From Clostridiales bacterium (GTDB lineage Bacteria; Bacillota; Clostridia; Oscillospirales; Oscillospiraceae), in NCBI GenBank assembly GCA_029008095.1, contig JAQXJB010000025.1, positions 34,448 to 66,447 of the forward strand: a stretch of DNA of 32,000 nt. The letters run 5' to 3'. The notes under the pieces are model-generated. The model saw nothing but the letters and a program-made list of their open reading frames with translations. It had not been told where the DNA came from and searched no databases. Within the stretch, counting starts at the first letter, position 1, and every line of letters begins with the position of its first letter. A program made the position numbers and the translations under genes. This document shows, one piece after another, positions 16,196 to 23,880 of the stretch.

Positions 16196-17851
16196 TCACC
16201 ACCCATTGGAATTACCGCGATTGGTCATATACTGCACGAATACCTCGGTGCCGTCCTCAACGCCCTCGATTATCTCCGCGTTGCTGTTGTCGGAAAGACC
16301 GACGGTGACGGGCACGGCGTAGTAGCCCTCAGGTACCTCGATGCCCAGAGATTCGGTGTCCAGAGCATTATCGGGTCTGCTGTCCGCCTTTATGAAGAGG
16401 CAGGTGCCCTGCTCGGTGTACTTAACGGCCTGGACAGGTACCAGCAGGCAGTTATCGGACTGGGAGGCCAGCAGGCTGTAATCGATATACATACCGGACA
16501 TGAGCGTACCGCTGGGGTTCTCAACGGTTATCACCGCCGGGAAGTAGGAAACGCCGTTTTCGTATTTACCCTCCATGCTCACGGTGCTGACCGTGCCCAT
16601 GAAGTATTCCTGACCGTTTCTGCCGTACTGATAGATATCCACCATCATGCCGGGCTTGACGTAGGAGATGTTCATCTCGTCCACCTGAGCCTCAACGGTC
16701 ATCACGGAGGTATCGGCTATGGAAATGGCGGTAAAGCCGGTCGTGACCTCCTGGCCGGGATAAAGAGCGCAGGAGAGAACCGTGCCGCTCATGGGAGCCA
16801 CGGCCTTGAAGTCATCCAGACGCTGCTGCGCCTCGAGCAGCTTTTCCTCGGCTTCCTTCAGCGTGTTTTTCAGGGTGCTTATCTCGGCGTCGCTGTCCTC
16901 GGCGCCTATCTGCATCAGCAGAGCGCCCTCGTTGACCCGGAGGTAGTTCTTGAGCTTTACGGAAACGATATCGCCGTGGACCTTGGTGACGATGTCAGTC
17001 TTGCGGCTGAACTCAAACTTGCCCGCGTCATAGGGATAGATGGCGCTGCCGTCGCCCGCGGTAAGCTGGGCGGAGGCGGCTGTGCCCTCGGTGAGCGTAC
17101 CGGGATTGGGTACGGAGAGGATGACCTCGAAGAAGCGTCCGCCCTCGGCGGAAACGTAGTCAACGTAGCTTATTTCCTTCACCGTGCCGCTGATCTGGGA
17201 CATGGTAGAGGGCACTGTGACCTTGGCGGACTGGCCCACATATACGCTGTCCTGATAGGCGTAGCTGAAGTAGAGGGTGAGGTTCATGGTGGAATCGTCC
17301 ACCAGCGTGGCGATCTTCACGCCGCTGCCCATATTGTCGCCAACCTGAGCGTCGCTTACGTCCATGAGCTTGCCGGCATAGGGCGCGGTAATGGTGAGAT
17401 TATTATAGTTTTCCAGAAGGGAACTCAACTGCTCCCGGTAGTTATCCACGGTCTCCTGGGCGGCCTCCACGGCCTTCTGCGCCTCGGAGGAATCGATTAT
17501 GTAGAGCGGGTCTCCCTCGTTGACCCAGTCGCCGTCAGCCACAAAGACCTCCTGAACCGTGCCGGAAGAGGAGAGGACGATGGTGGCGGAATCGGCGGGC
17601 TTGGTAACGCCGCTGCCGGTGACCATGCTCTGGATGGAGCCGGTATAGACGATGCCGGTCATGATCTCCTTTTCGCCCTCCTCGTCCTTTTTGAAAAGGC
17701 TATACATTCCGAAGGCGATACCGCCGAGAACGGCAAGGACGATAACGATGGCGATAATTCTCCTGACGATCTTTTTCTTCCTGCGCTTTTTCTTTTTGGG
17801 CGAAGGCTGCTCTGGCTGTACGGCCTGAACGAGGTTTTCCTTAGTATCCAT
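16196..17851 (-). CDS. HlyD/efflux periplasmic-adaptor family protein (long, 551 aa)
   Basis: A Lys/Arg-rich N-terminus is followed by one TM helix (IIAIVIVLAVLGGIAFGMY). Lipoyl/beta-barrel-like segments flank a coiled-coil segment (TLKNTLKEAEEKLLEAQQRLDDF). RBS AAAGGAGAAG. It lies immediately upstream of the ABC ATPase and permease. Confidence 0.8.
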   Translation of the reverse strand: MDTKENLVQAVQPEQPSPKKKKRRKKKIVRRIIAIVIVLAVLGGIAFGMYSLFKKDEEGEKEIMTGIVYTGSIQSMVTGSGVTKPADSATIVLSSSGTVQEVFVADGDWVNEGDPLYIIDSSEAQKAVEAAQETVDNYREQLSSLLENYNNLTITAPYAGKLMDVSDAQVGDNMGSGVKIATLVDDSTMNLTLYFSYAYQDSVYVGQSAKVTVPSTMSQISGTVKEISYVDYVSAEGGRFFEVILSVPNPGTLTEGTAASAQLTAGDGSAIYPYDAGKFEFSRKTDIVTKVHGDIVSVKLKNYLRVNEGALLMQIGAEDSDAEISTLKNTLKEAEEKLLEAQQRLDDFKAVAPMSGTVLSCALYPGQEVTTGFTAISIADTSVMTVEAQVDEMNISYVKPGMMVDIYQYGRNGQEYFMGTVSTVSMEGKYENGVSYFPAVITVENPSGTLMSGMYIDYSLLASQSDNCLLVPVQAVKYTEQGTCLFIKADSRPDNALDTESLGIEVPEGYYAVPVTVGLSDNSNAEIIEGVEDGTEVFVQYMTNRGNSNGW

Positions 17852-18038
17852 TTTTCATCTTCTCCTTTTCCGTAATATGCAATCTTCATACATGCGAAAA
17901 GCGTCCCGCCCCGCCCAAGCAGCCGTCGGTCAAATCGCCGGGTTCGACTCCCGCTGCCTTAAGGGATGGAGGGCTCTCATTTGCAATATAAAATTAGTCT
18001 AAAGCCTGTTTCCACAAAACTGTATCATCCATATTAAT

Positions 18039-18067
18039 ACAGTATCATCGCATGTGGTAAATGTCAA
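18039..18067 (-). promoter_or_regulatory. Putative promoter of the HlyD-ABC operon, with overlapping repeats
   Basis: On the minus strand: TTGACA (18067-18062), a 17-nt spacer, then TACTGT (18044-18039). Direct repeats GTATCATC lie at 18022-18029 and 18042-18049. The inverted repeat ACTGTAT/ATACAGT lies at 18019-18025 and 18037-18043. Confidence 0.4.
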
Positions 18068-18107
18068 GCGGCTTTATACATTTTCTGTTTATTCATAGCT
18101 TCCTTCA

Positions 18108-18704
18108 TTATTCCGGCATTATATCCGAGTGGACAAAAGCATAGAGGAGATTGGCGTAAAGCGCCAGGGCCTCCTGGTCCTCGCTGGTGGAGAAATGGGC
18201 GCAGCAATTCATTTCCTTCTCCACATCATACCAATACAGCAGGGCTTCGCCGCCCTCATTACGATTAAGTGTAGCGATATTGTTGCTGATGCGGACGGAT
18301 TCCCGGCTTTCCCATTCTTTTGTGCCGAAGAGCAGACCGGCCTGGTCCGCGTTTATCATGGAGTCCTTGTGTACGCGGTAGGTGACTGTGAGCCCCTCGG
18401 TGGTGAACCGCATCTCGCCTATGGGCTCGTCCAGCTCATCCTCGCCGATAATGCTCTGGCTAATGTTCTGGGCGGCGTCCACGCCAAAGAAGTATACGCC
18501 GGTCGCGTCATAAACGCCGGCGGCGTCGCTTTCTGCAACGGTGTAGCTTTCAGCAGGGTCGGGCACGGGCTCCTTCGAGGGCGTTGGTACAACATCCTCC
18601 TCCAGACCGGTATCCGGAGCTTCGTCCGCGGGCCGGTTGGGGGCGCAGGCCGTCAGAGAGAGCGCGAGCGCCAAAAACAGAAGAATTGCCGTTATTTTTT
18701 TCAT
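18108..18704 (-). CDS. Lipoprotein of unknown function
   Basis: 198 aa. The signal peptide has a lipobox (LALALSLTAC). A Pro/Glu/Asp-rich linker is followed by a globular domain with no motif I recognise. Confidence 0.75.
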   Translation of the reverse strand: MKKITAILLFLALALSLTACAPNRPADEAPDTGLEEDVVPTPSKEPVPDPAESYTVAESDAAGVYDATGVYFFGVDAAQNISQSIIGEDELDEPIGEMRFTTEGLTVTYRVHKDSMINADQAGLLFGTKEWESRESVRISNNIATLNRNEGGEALLYWYDVEKEMNCCAHFSTSEDQEALALYANLLYAFVHSDIMPE

Positions 18705-18884
18705 ATCCGTATCATTTCCTTACTGCAGAAATTTTGCTCCGCTAATTTACCATATATTTGACGTAAATAACGGCGAAAATGTTTCATACCTGGAAAAAAT
18801 TTTTTTATTATTCGCGTGGGAGAGCGCTTCTCCTGCTGCTTTTATGAACAATCTCTCAATTTTCCTTTTTCCGTTCCAATTCGA

Positions 18885-18913
18885 TTGACCTTGCTGCCGC
18901 TTTTGGGTATAAT
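18885..18913 (+). promoter_or_regulatory. Putative sigma-A promoter upstream of cdsA
   Basis: TTGACC (18885-18890), a 17-nt spacer, then TATAAT (18908-18913). Confidence 0.6.
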
Positions 18914-18990
18914 AACATATTATACTATGCTTTGCGGGTTGTCCCGTAAGGGACGGGCAAAGGGGTATAAAGAGGTTATGGAGGTTCGGT

Positions 18991-19809
18991 ATGAAATCAA
19001 GACTGCTGGTCGCGGCCATCGGAGTGCCGCTTACATTAATCATGCTGGTGCTGCTGCCCGATATAGGCACGGCAATATTCTGCGCGGCTATCTCCTGCGT
19101 CGCGGTGCATGAGATATATTCCGCCGTGGGCGTGACTTCCCTGCCGCCGGTCGTGCTGGGCTGCGTTTCCTCCCTGCTTATCACGGCCCTGGCCTGGTGC
19201 GGCGCGGACGCGTACATAGCCCTGGCCTGGTGCGCTTGCTATGGCATGCTTCTTTTCGCCCTCTGGGTGGCATACTATGAAAAAGAGCGCGTATTCGGCT
19301 TCGCCGGTCTCGGCGCCGGTCTGATGGCGGGGCTAATCATTCCCGGCGGCATGGCGGCTCTGGTGCTTCTCCGCACGGCGGAGCACGGCCGCTTCGCCGT
19401 GCTGCTGCCCATCATCATCGCCTACGCGGGCGACGGCGGCGCGCTTTTCGCGGGAATGCTCTTCGGAAAGCATAAGCTCGCCCCGAGAACCAGCCCCAAA
19501 AAGACCATAGAGGGCGGGCTCGGCGGCCTTGTCGTAGCCGTTGGCCTTTCGCTGGTATACGGCCTTGTCCTCCGCTATGGCTTCGATATAGCGCTCAGCT
19601 TCCCGATGCTGGCGCTCGCCGCCCTTATAACCGGCGTGGTCTCCCAGCTTGGCGACCTCTCCTTCTCCCTCATCAAGCGGGAGTTCGGCGTGAAGGATTA
19701 CGGCAAGCTGCTGCCCGGTCACGGCGGCGCTCTTGACCGCTTCGACAGCACCATCTTTGCAGCCCCGGCGGTGTGTCTGCTTCTGGATGCTCTGAACGTA
19801 ATGCACTGA
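18991..19809 (+). CDS. cdsA: Phosphatidate cytidylyltransferase (CDP-diglyceride synthase)
   Basis: 272 aa and multi-TM. C-terminal signature SQLGDLSFSLIKREFGVKDYGKLLPGHGGALDRFDS. RBS GGAGG. Confidence 0.9.
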   Translation: MKSRLLVAAIGVPLTLIMLVLLPDIGTAIFCAAISCVAVHEIYSAVGVTSLPPVVLGCVSSLLITALAWCGADAYIALAWCACYGMLLFALWVAYYEKERVFGFAGLGAGLMAGLIIPGGMAALVLLRTAEHGRFAVLLPIIIAYAGDGGALFAGMLFGKHKLAPRTSPKKTIEGGLGGLVVAVGLSLVYGLVLRYGFDIALSFPMLALAALITGVVSQLGDLSFSLIKREFGVKDYGKLLPGHGGALDRFDSTIFAAPAVCLLLDALNVMH

Positions 19810-19850
19810 GATAGATGGTGTGGAACCTCAGGTTTGGCAGGTCGATTTTT

Positions 19851-19931
19851 GCTTTCGCTCAGAATCTCCCAACTGACGGAACTGCCTATCTAAATCCAAC
19901 ACGGGAGATTCTTCCCGATGGTCAGAATGAC
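19851..19931 (+). repeat. TIR hairpin element, copy 6 (left terminus missing)
   Basis: GCTTTCGCTCAGAATCTCCC...GGAACTGCCTATCTAAATCC...CGGGAGATTCTTCCCGATGGTCAGAATGAC. Aligns to copy 7 except for the absent ATGTCATTCTGA end. Confidence 0.7.
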
Positions 19932-19982
19932 TTGACTTGGGGCTTTATCCGCAGTAAAGACCAAACGCAAAACCGAAAAACT

Positions 19983-20073
19983 ATGTCATTCTGAGCTTGC
20001 GAAGAATCTCCCATGTAACGTTACTGCCTATCTAAAACCAACCCCGGAGATTCTTCCCGATGGTCAGAATGAC
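19983..20073 (+). repeat. TIR hairpin element, copy 7 (orientation A, short variant)
   Basis: ATGTCATTCTGAGCTTGCGAAGAATCTCCC...TTACTGCCTATC...CCGGAGATTCTTCCCGATGGTCAGAATGAC. Confidence 0.85.
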
Positions 20074-20095
20074 GAGGAGTTTTACCTTAATTAGT

Positions 20096-20263
20096 ATTAT
20101 CGTTTCTGCGGCGGATATCAGAACAGGCGTGCAATGCACGCCCCTACGGTACGATGCCCCGGCGGAGGCACGCCTCCGCCCTACGTTTCATCCATATGCG
20201 TAACGGCAACTTCGTAGGGCAGGGGCGTGCCCCTGCCGTGCGGTAACGCTCCACACGATGTAA
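20096..20263. repeat. REP/BIME-like cluster B
   Basis: Starts with ATTATCGTTTCTGC. Units at 20126-20147 (minus; GGCGTGC-AAT-GCACGCC-CCTAC), 20161-20184 (minus; identical to 5269-5292) and 20214-20237 (plus; GTAG-GGCAGGGGCGTGCCCCTGCC). Ends with GTAACGCTCCACACGATGTAA. Confidence 0.8.
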
Positions 20264-20287
20264 CGACCAAACGCACAAGCCCCCCCT

Positions 20288-20346
20288 CTAACGTTACTGC
20301 CAATCTAACCCCAACACGGGAGATTCTTCCCGATGGTCAGAATGAC
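20288..20346 (+). repeat. TIR hairpin element, copy 8 (right half only)
   Basis: CTAACGTTACTGCCAATCTAACCCCAACACGGGAGATTCTTCCCGATGGTCAGAATGAC. Matches the right halves of copies 6 and 7. Confidence 0.7.
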
Positions 20347-20492
20347 AAAACCGAAAGTCTTGTACCATATAACGACACTATGAAAAAGCCCATCGTCCCG
20401 ACCTGCGGGCAAGCGGCGAGGATGGCAATGATCCTCCATGCGGGGGGATTTTTAATGACTATTTGTGCGGTGCTGCCGCATGGAGGAACGAT

Positions 20493-21638
20493 ATGATAAG
20501 TATACTTGGCAGCAGCGGCTCTATCGGCACGCAGACCATAGAGGTCGCGCAGAAGCTGAATATCGGTGTGGCGGCGTTGGCCGTGGGCAGAAGCATAGAG
20601 CTTGCCGAGAAGCAGGCGCGTATGCTTCACCCGAAGCTCGTAGCCGTATATGACGAGGCCGCGGCAAAAAATCTGAAAACCGCTCTTGCGGATACGGATA
20701 TCCGCGTGGGCGGCGGCATGAGCGCCGTCCTTGAGGCGGCGAGCCTCCCGGAGGCGGAGACCGTGGTTGCGGCAATGTCCGGCTCGGTGGGGCTGATGCC
20801 CGCAATGACCGCTCTTGAAGCGGGCAAGCGCCTTGCCTTCGCCAACAAGGAAACTCTGGTGTGCGCGGGCGAAATCGTGATGAAGAAGGCCGCCGAGACC
20901 GGGGCGGAGATACTCCCCGTGGACTCGGAGCACAGCGCCATTTTTCAGTGCCTTCAGGGCGGCGGCGACGTGAAACGGCTCATAATAACCGCCAGCGGCG
21001 GCCCCTTCCGGGGCAAAAAACGCCCGGAGCTGGAGAACGTCACCCGTGCCGACGCGCTGAAGCACCCCAACTGGAGCATGGGCGCGAAGATAACCGTGGA
21101 CTCGGCGACCCTGATGAACAAGGGCCTTGAATTTATCGAGGCCATGCATCTTTTCGCGGTAAGCCCGGATCATATATCCGTGCTCGTCCATCCCCAGAGT
21201 ATCGTCCACTCAATGGTGGAATTCGCGGACGGCTCGGTCATCGCCCAGATGGGCGCGCCGGACATGAAGCTGCCCATACAGCTCGCCCTCACCTGGCCAC
21301 GGCGTGTGCCCGGCGCGGCGACTCCGCTGGATCTGCGGCTCACAAAGCCCCTCACCTTTGAAGAGCCGGATATGGAGACCTTCCGCGCCCTGCCGCTGGC
21401 GATGGAGCTGGCGCGGCACAGAGGCACGGCGGACTGCTGCGTGATGAACGCGGCAAACGAGGTTGCGGCCTGGGCGTTTCTGGAGGGCCGGATAGGCTTC
21501 CTCGAAATATATGATGTTGTTGAAAAAGTGTGCGGCAGGCTTGCGGGCATGGCAGCCGCCGACCTTTCTGATGTGGCAGCCGCCGACGAGGCGGCAAGGA
21601 GGTATGCCTCGGAATGTATATCATCGTTGCGATCCTGA
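20493..21638 (+). CDS. dxr: 1-deoxy-D-xylulose-5-phosphate reductoisomerase
   Basis: ORF 20463-21638. The ATG at 20493 follows GGAGGA. N-terminus MISILGSSGSIGTQT. Motifs PVDSEHSAIFQCL and NKGLEFIEA are present. Confidence 0.95.
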   Translation: MISILGSSGSIGTQTIEVAQKLNIGVAALAVGRSIELAEKQARMLHPKLVAVYDEAAAKNLKTALADTDIRVGGGMSAVLEAASLPEAETVVAAMSGSVGLMPAMTALEAGKRLAFANKETLVCAGEIVMKKAAETGAEILPVDSEHSAIFQCLQGGGDVKRLIITASGGPFRGKKRPELENVTRADALKHPNWSMGAKITVDSATLMNKGLEFIEAMHLFAVSPDHISVLVHPQSIVHSMVEFADGSVIAQMGAPDMKLPIQLALTWPRRVPGAATPLDLRLTKPLTFEEPDMETFRALPLAMELARHRGTADCCVMNAANEVAAWAFLEGRIGFLEIYDVVEKVCGRLAGMAAADLSDVAAADEAARRYASECISSLRS

Positions 21639-22669
21639 TCTTCGGCGTTCTTATCGCCGTGCATGAGCTGGGTCATTTTCTGGCCGCCAAAAGCGCGGGC
21701 GTTAAGGTAAATGAATTTTCCATAGGAATGGGCCCCGCCCTCTTCAAGAAGCAGGGCGAGGAGACTCTTTATTCTCTGCGGCTGCTGCCCATCGGCGGCT
21801 ACTGCGCCATCGAGGGCGAGAACGGAGAGAGCGAGGACGCGCGGAGCATGGACAAAAAGCCCCTTTTGGCGCGGCTTTACATCCTTTTCGCCGGCTCGTT
21901 TATGAACTTTTTGACGGGCTTTCTCATCGTGCTCGTCATCGTTTCCACCAGCCCCTATTACTCCACCACCCGCATCGACGGCTTCATGGACGGCTTCCCC
22001 CTCCAGGGCGAGGACGGTCTGATGGTGGGCGACAGGATCGTTCAGATAGACGGCCATTCCGTGAATTTGATCAACGAATTTTCCCTCTATATGGACCGCC
22101 GCGCGGACAGCGAGACCGTTGACATGGTCGTAGTCCGGGACGGCGCAAAAGTGCGTCTGGACGATTTTCCGCTGGTCCTGCGGGAATATGAGGATAACGG
22201 CCAGACCGTTACGAAATACGGCCTTTACTTCGGCGTTTCCGAGCAGACCTTTTTCAGCGTTTTCAAGCAGGCCTGGTATAATTCCCTCTATTTTGTGAAG
22301 ATGGTCTGGATGGGTCTTGGCGACCTTGTGACAGGCCGGGCGGCGCTCTCCCAGATGTCCGGCGTGGTGGGCGCGGTCGCCGCCATAGGCGAGGTGGGCG
22401 CAAGCTCCGCCACCGTGGCCGACGGTCTTCTTAACGTATTTTATCTTGGCGCCTTCATCGCGGTGAACCTTTCTGTGATGAATCTGCTGCCCATTCCCGG
22501 CCTTGACGGCGGACATATCTTCACCATGATAGTCGTGGCAGTCATCACCCGTCTCACGGGCCGCAAGCCCAATCCCAAGGTGGAGGCGTATATCCACGGA
22601 GCGGGTCTTGTCCTGCTGCTGGGTCTGATGGCGGTGCTGCTGGTCAGCGACGTGGCGAAGCTGATATAA
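21614..22669 (+). CDS. rseP: Site-2 (M50) zinc metalloprotease RseP/RasP
   Basis: 351 aa. HELGHF zinc motif in TM1, a central PDZ-like segment, and a C-terminal NLLPIPGLDGG motif. Overlaps the dxr end by 25 nt. Confidence 0.9.
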   Translation: MYIIVAILIFGVLIAVHELGHFLAAKSAGVKVNEFSIGMGPALFKKQGEETLYSLRLLPIGGYCAIEGENGESEDARSMDKKPLLARLYILFAGSFMNFLTGFLIVLVIVSTSPYYSTTRIDGFMDGFPLQGEDGLMVGDRIVQIDGHSVNLINEFSLYMDRRADSETVDMVVVRDGAKVRLDDFPLVLREYEDNGQTVTKYGLYFGVSEQTFFSVFKQAWYNSLYFVKMVWMGLGDLVTGRAALSQMSGVVGAVAAIGEVGASSATVADGLLNVFYLGAFIAVNLSVMNLLPIPGLDGGHIFTMIVVAVITRLTGRKPNPKVEAYIHGAGLVLLLGLMAVLLVSDVAKLI

Positions 22670-22702
22670 AAGCGCGCAGCGCATTGAAAGGTCTGATAAA
22701 CC

Positions 22703-23743
22703 ATGACAAAACAGATAATCGCCGGGGGCGTCGCCATAGGCGGCGGCGCGCCGGTAACGATACAGTCCATGTGCAATACGGATACCCGTGACGCGGCGGC
22801 GACCATCGCCCAGATAAAGGCGCTGGCGGCTGCGGGCTGCGAGATCGTGCGCGTGGCCGTGCCGGATATGGAAGCGGCGCGGGCGATAGAGGAAATCAAG
22901 AAGGAATGTCCCCTGCCGCTGGTGGCGGACATACATTTCGACTACCGCCTTGCCGTAGCCGCCGCCGAGCGGGGCGCGGATAAGATACGCATAAACCCCG
23001 GCAACGTTGGCGGGCCCGAGAACGTGAAAAAGGTGGTGGAAGCCTGCCGCTGCCGCTCCTTGCCCATCCGCATCGGCGTGAACGGCGGAAGCCTTGAAAA
23101 GCCCCTGCTGGCGAAATACGGCGGCGCCACCCCGGAGGCCATGCTGGAAAGCGCCCTGGGACACGTCCGCCTGCTGAACGACTTCGGCTTTGACGATATC
23201 TGCCTTTCCCTGAAGGCCTCAAACGTGCCGGACACGGTGGCGGCCTACCGCCTTGCCCGCGAAGCGCTGGACTACCCTCTGCACATCGGTGTGACCGAAG
23301 CGGGCGGCGGCGAGCTTGCCATAGTCAAATCCGCCTGCGGCATCGGTTCCCTGCTCCTTGACGGCATCGGCGATACCATACGGGTCTCCCTCACCGGCGA
23401 CCCTCTGCGGGAGGTGACGGCGGCGAAGGAGATACTCCGGGCCGTTGGCCTGCGCAGCGAGGGCGTGGAGATCGTTTCCTGCCCCACCTGCGGCCGCACC
23501 GAGGTGGAACTGGAGAAAATTCTCGCGGACGTGACCGAGGCGCTGAAGGACTGCAAAAGGAACATCCGCGTGGCCGTGATGGGCTGCGTGGTGAACGGCC
23601 CGGGGGAGGCCCGTGAGGCCGATTACGGCGTGGCCGGCGGCAAGGGCTGCGGCATGCTCTTCCGCAAGGGCGAGATCGTCCGCAAGGTATCCGAGGACGA
23701 AATGGCCTCCGCCCTGGTGAAAATGATAGAAGAGGATACATAA
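22703..23743 (+). CDS. ispG: 4-hydroxy-3-methylbut-2-en-1-yl diphosphate synthase
   Basis: 346 aa. Motifs VTIQSMCNTDT, RINPGN, GVTEAG and the Cys cluster CPTCGR...GCVVNGPGE are present. Confidence 0.95.
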   Translation: MTKQIIAGGVAIGGGAPVTIQSMCNTDTRDAAATIAQIKALAAAGCEIVRVAVPDMEAARAIEEIKKECPLPLVADIHFDYRLAVAAAERGADKIRINPGNVGGPENVKKVVEACRCRSLPIRIGVNGGSLEKPLLAKYGGATPEAMLESALGHVRLLNDFGFDDICLSLKASNVPDTVAAYRLAREALDYPLHIGVTEAGGGELAIVKSACGIGSLLLDGIGDTIRVSLTGDPLREVTAAKEILRAVGLRSEGVEIVSCPTCGRTEVELEKILADVTEALKDCKRNIRVAVMGCVVNGPGEAREADYGVAGGKGCGMLFRKGEIVRKVSEDEMASALVKMIEEDT

Positions 23744-23771
23744 GCTGCTTCACATTTTGCGGAACATTACT

Positions 23772-23799
23772 GCACGGCAGGGGCGCGCCCCTGCCCTGC
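23772..23799 (-). repeat. Single REP-like unit between ispG and polC
   Basis: A perfect 20-nt palindrome GGCAGGGGCGCGCCCCTGCC lies at 23776-23795, followed by CTGC (the reverse complement GCAG replaces GTAG). It belongs to the same stem subfamily as 5408-5431 and 20214-20237. Confidence 0.75.
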
Positions 23800-23880
23800 G
23801 CTCATGAAATGGGCTTGCTCAAAGACGAGCGCAATAGCCCTAAGCACAATAATTCCTGACTATATATACAAGGTGAAAGA

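Noticed and set aside
17938-17962. A tRNA/tmRNA T-arm-like motif (CCGGGTTCGACTCCCGC) in the lipoprotein-HlyD spacer, which could be an integration-site remnant.
   Set aside because: No complementary acceptor 5' strand, anticodon arm or D-arm can be drawn. The T-stem has a mismatch, there is no CCA-type end, and no second copy or integrase exists to define an island. The resemblance is probably chance, though a decayed att remnant cannot be fully excluded.
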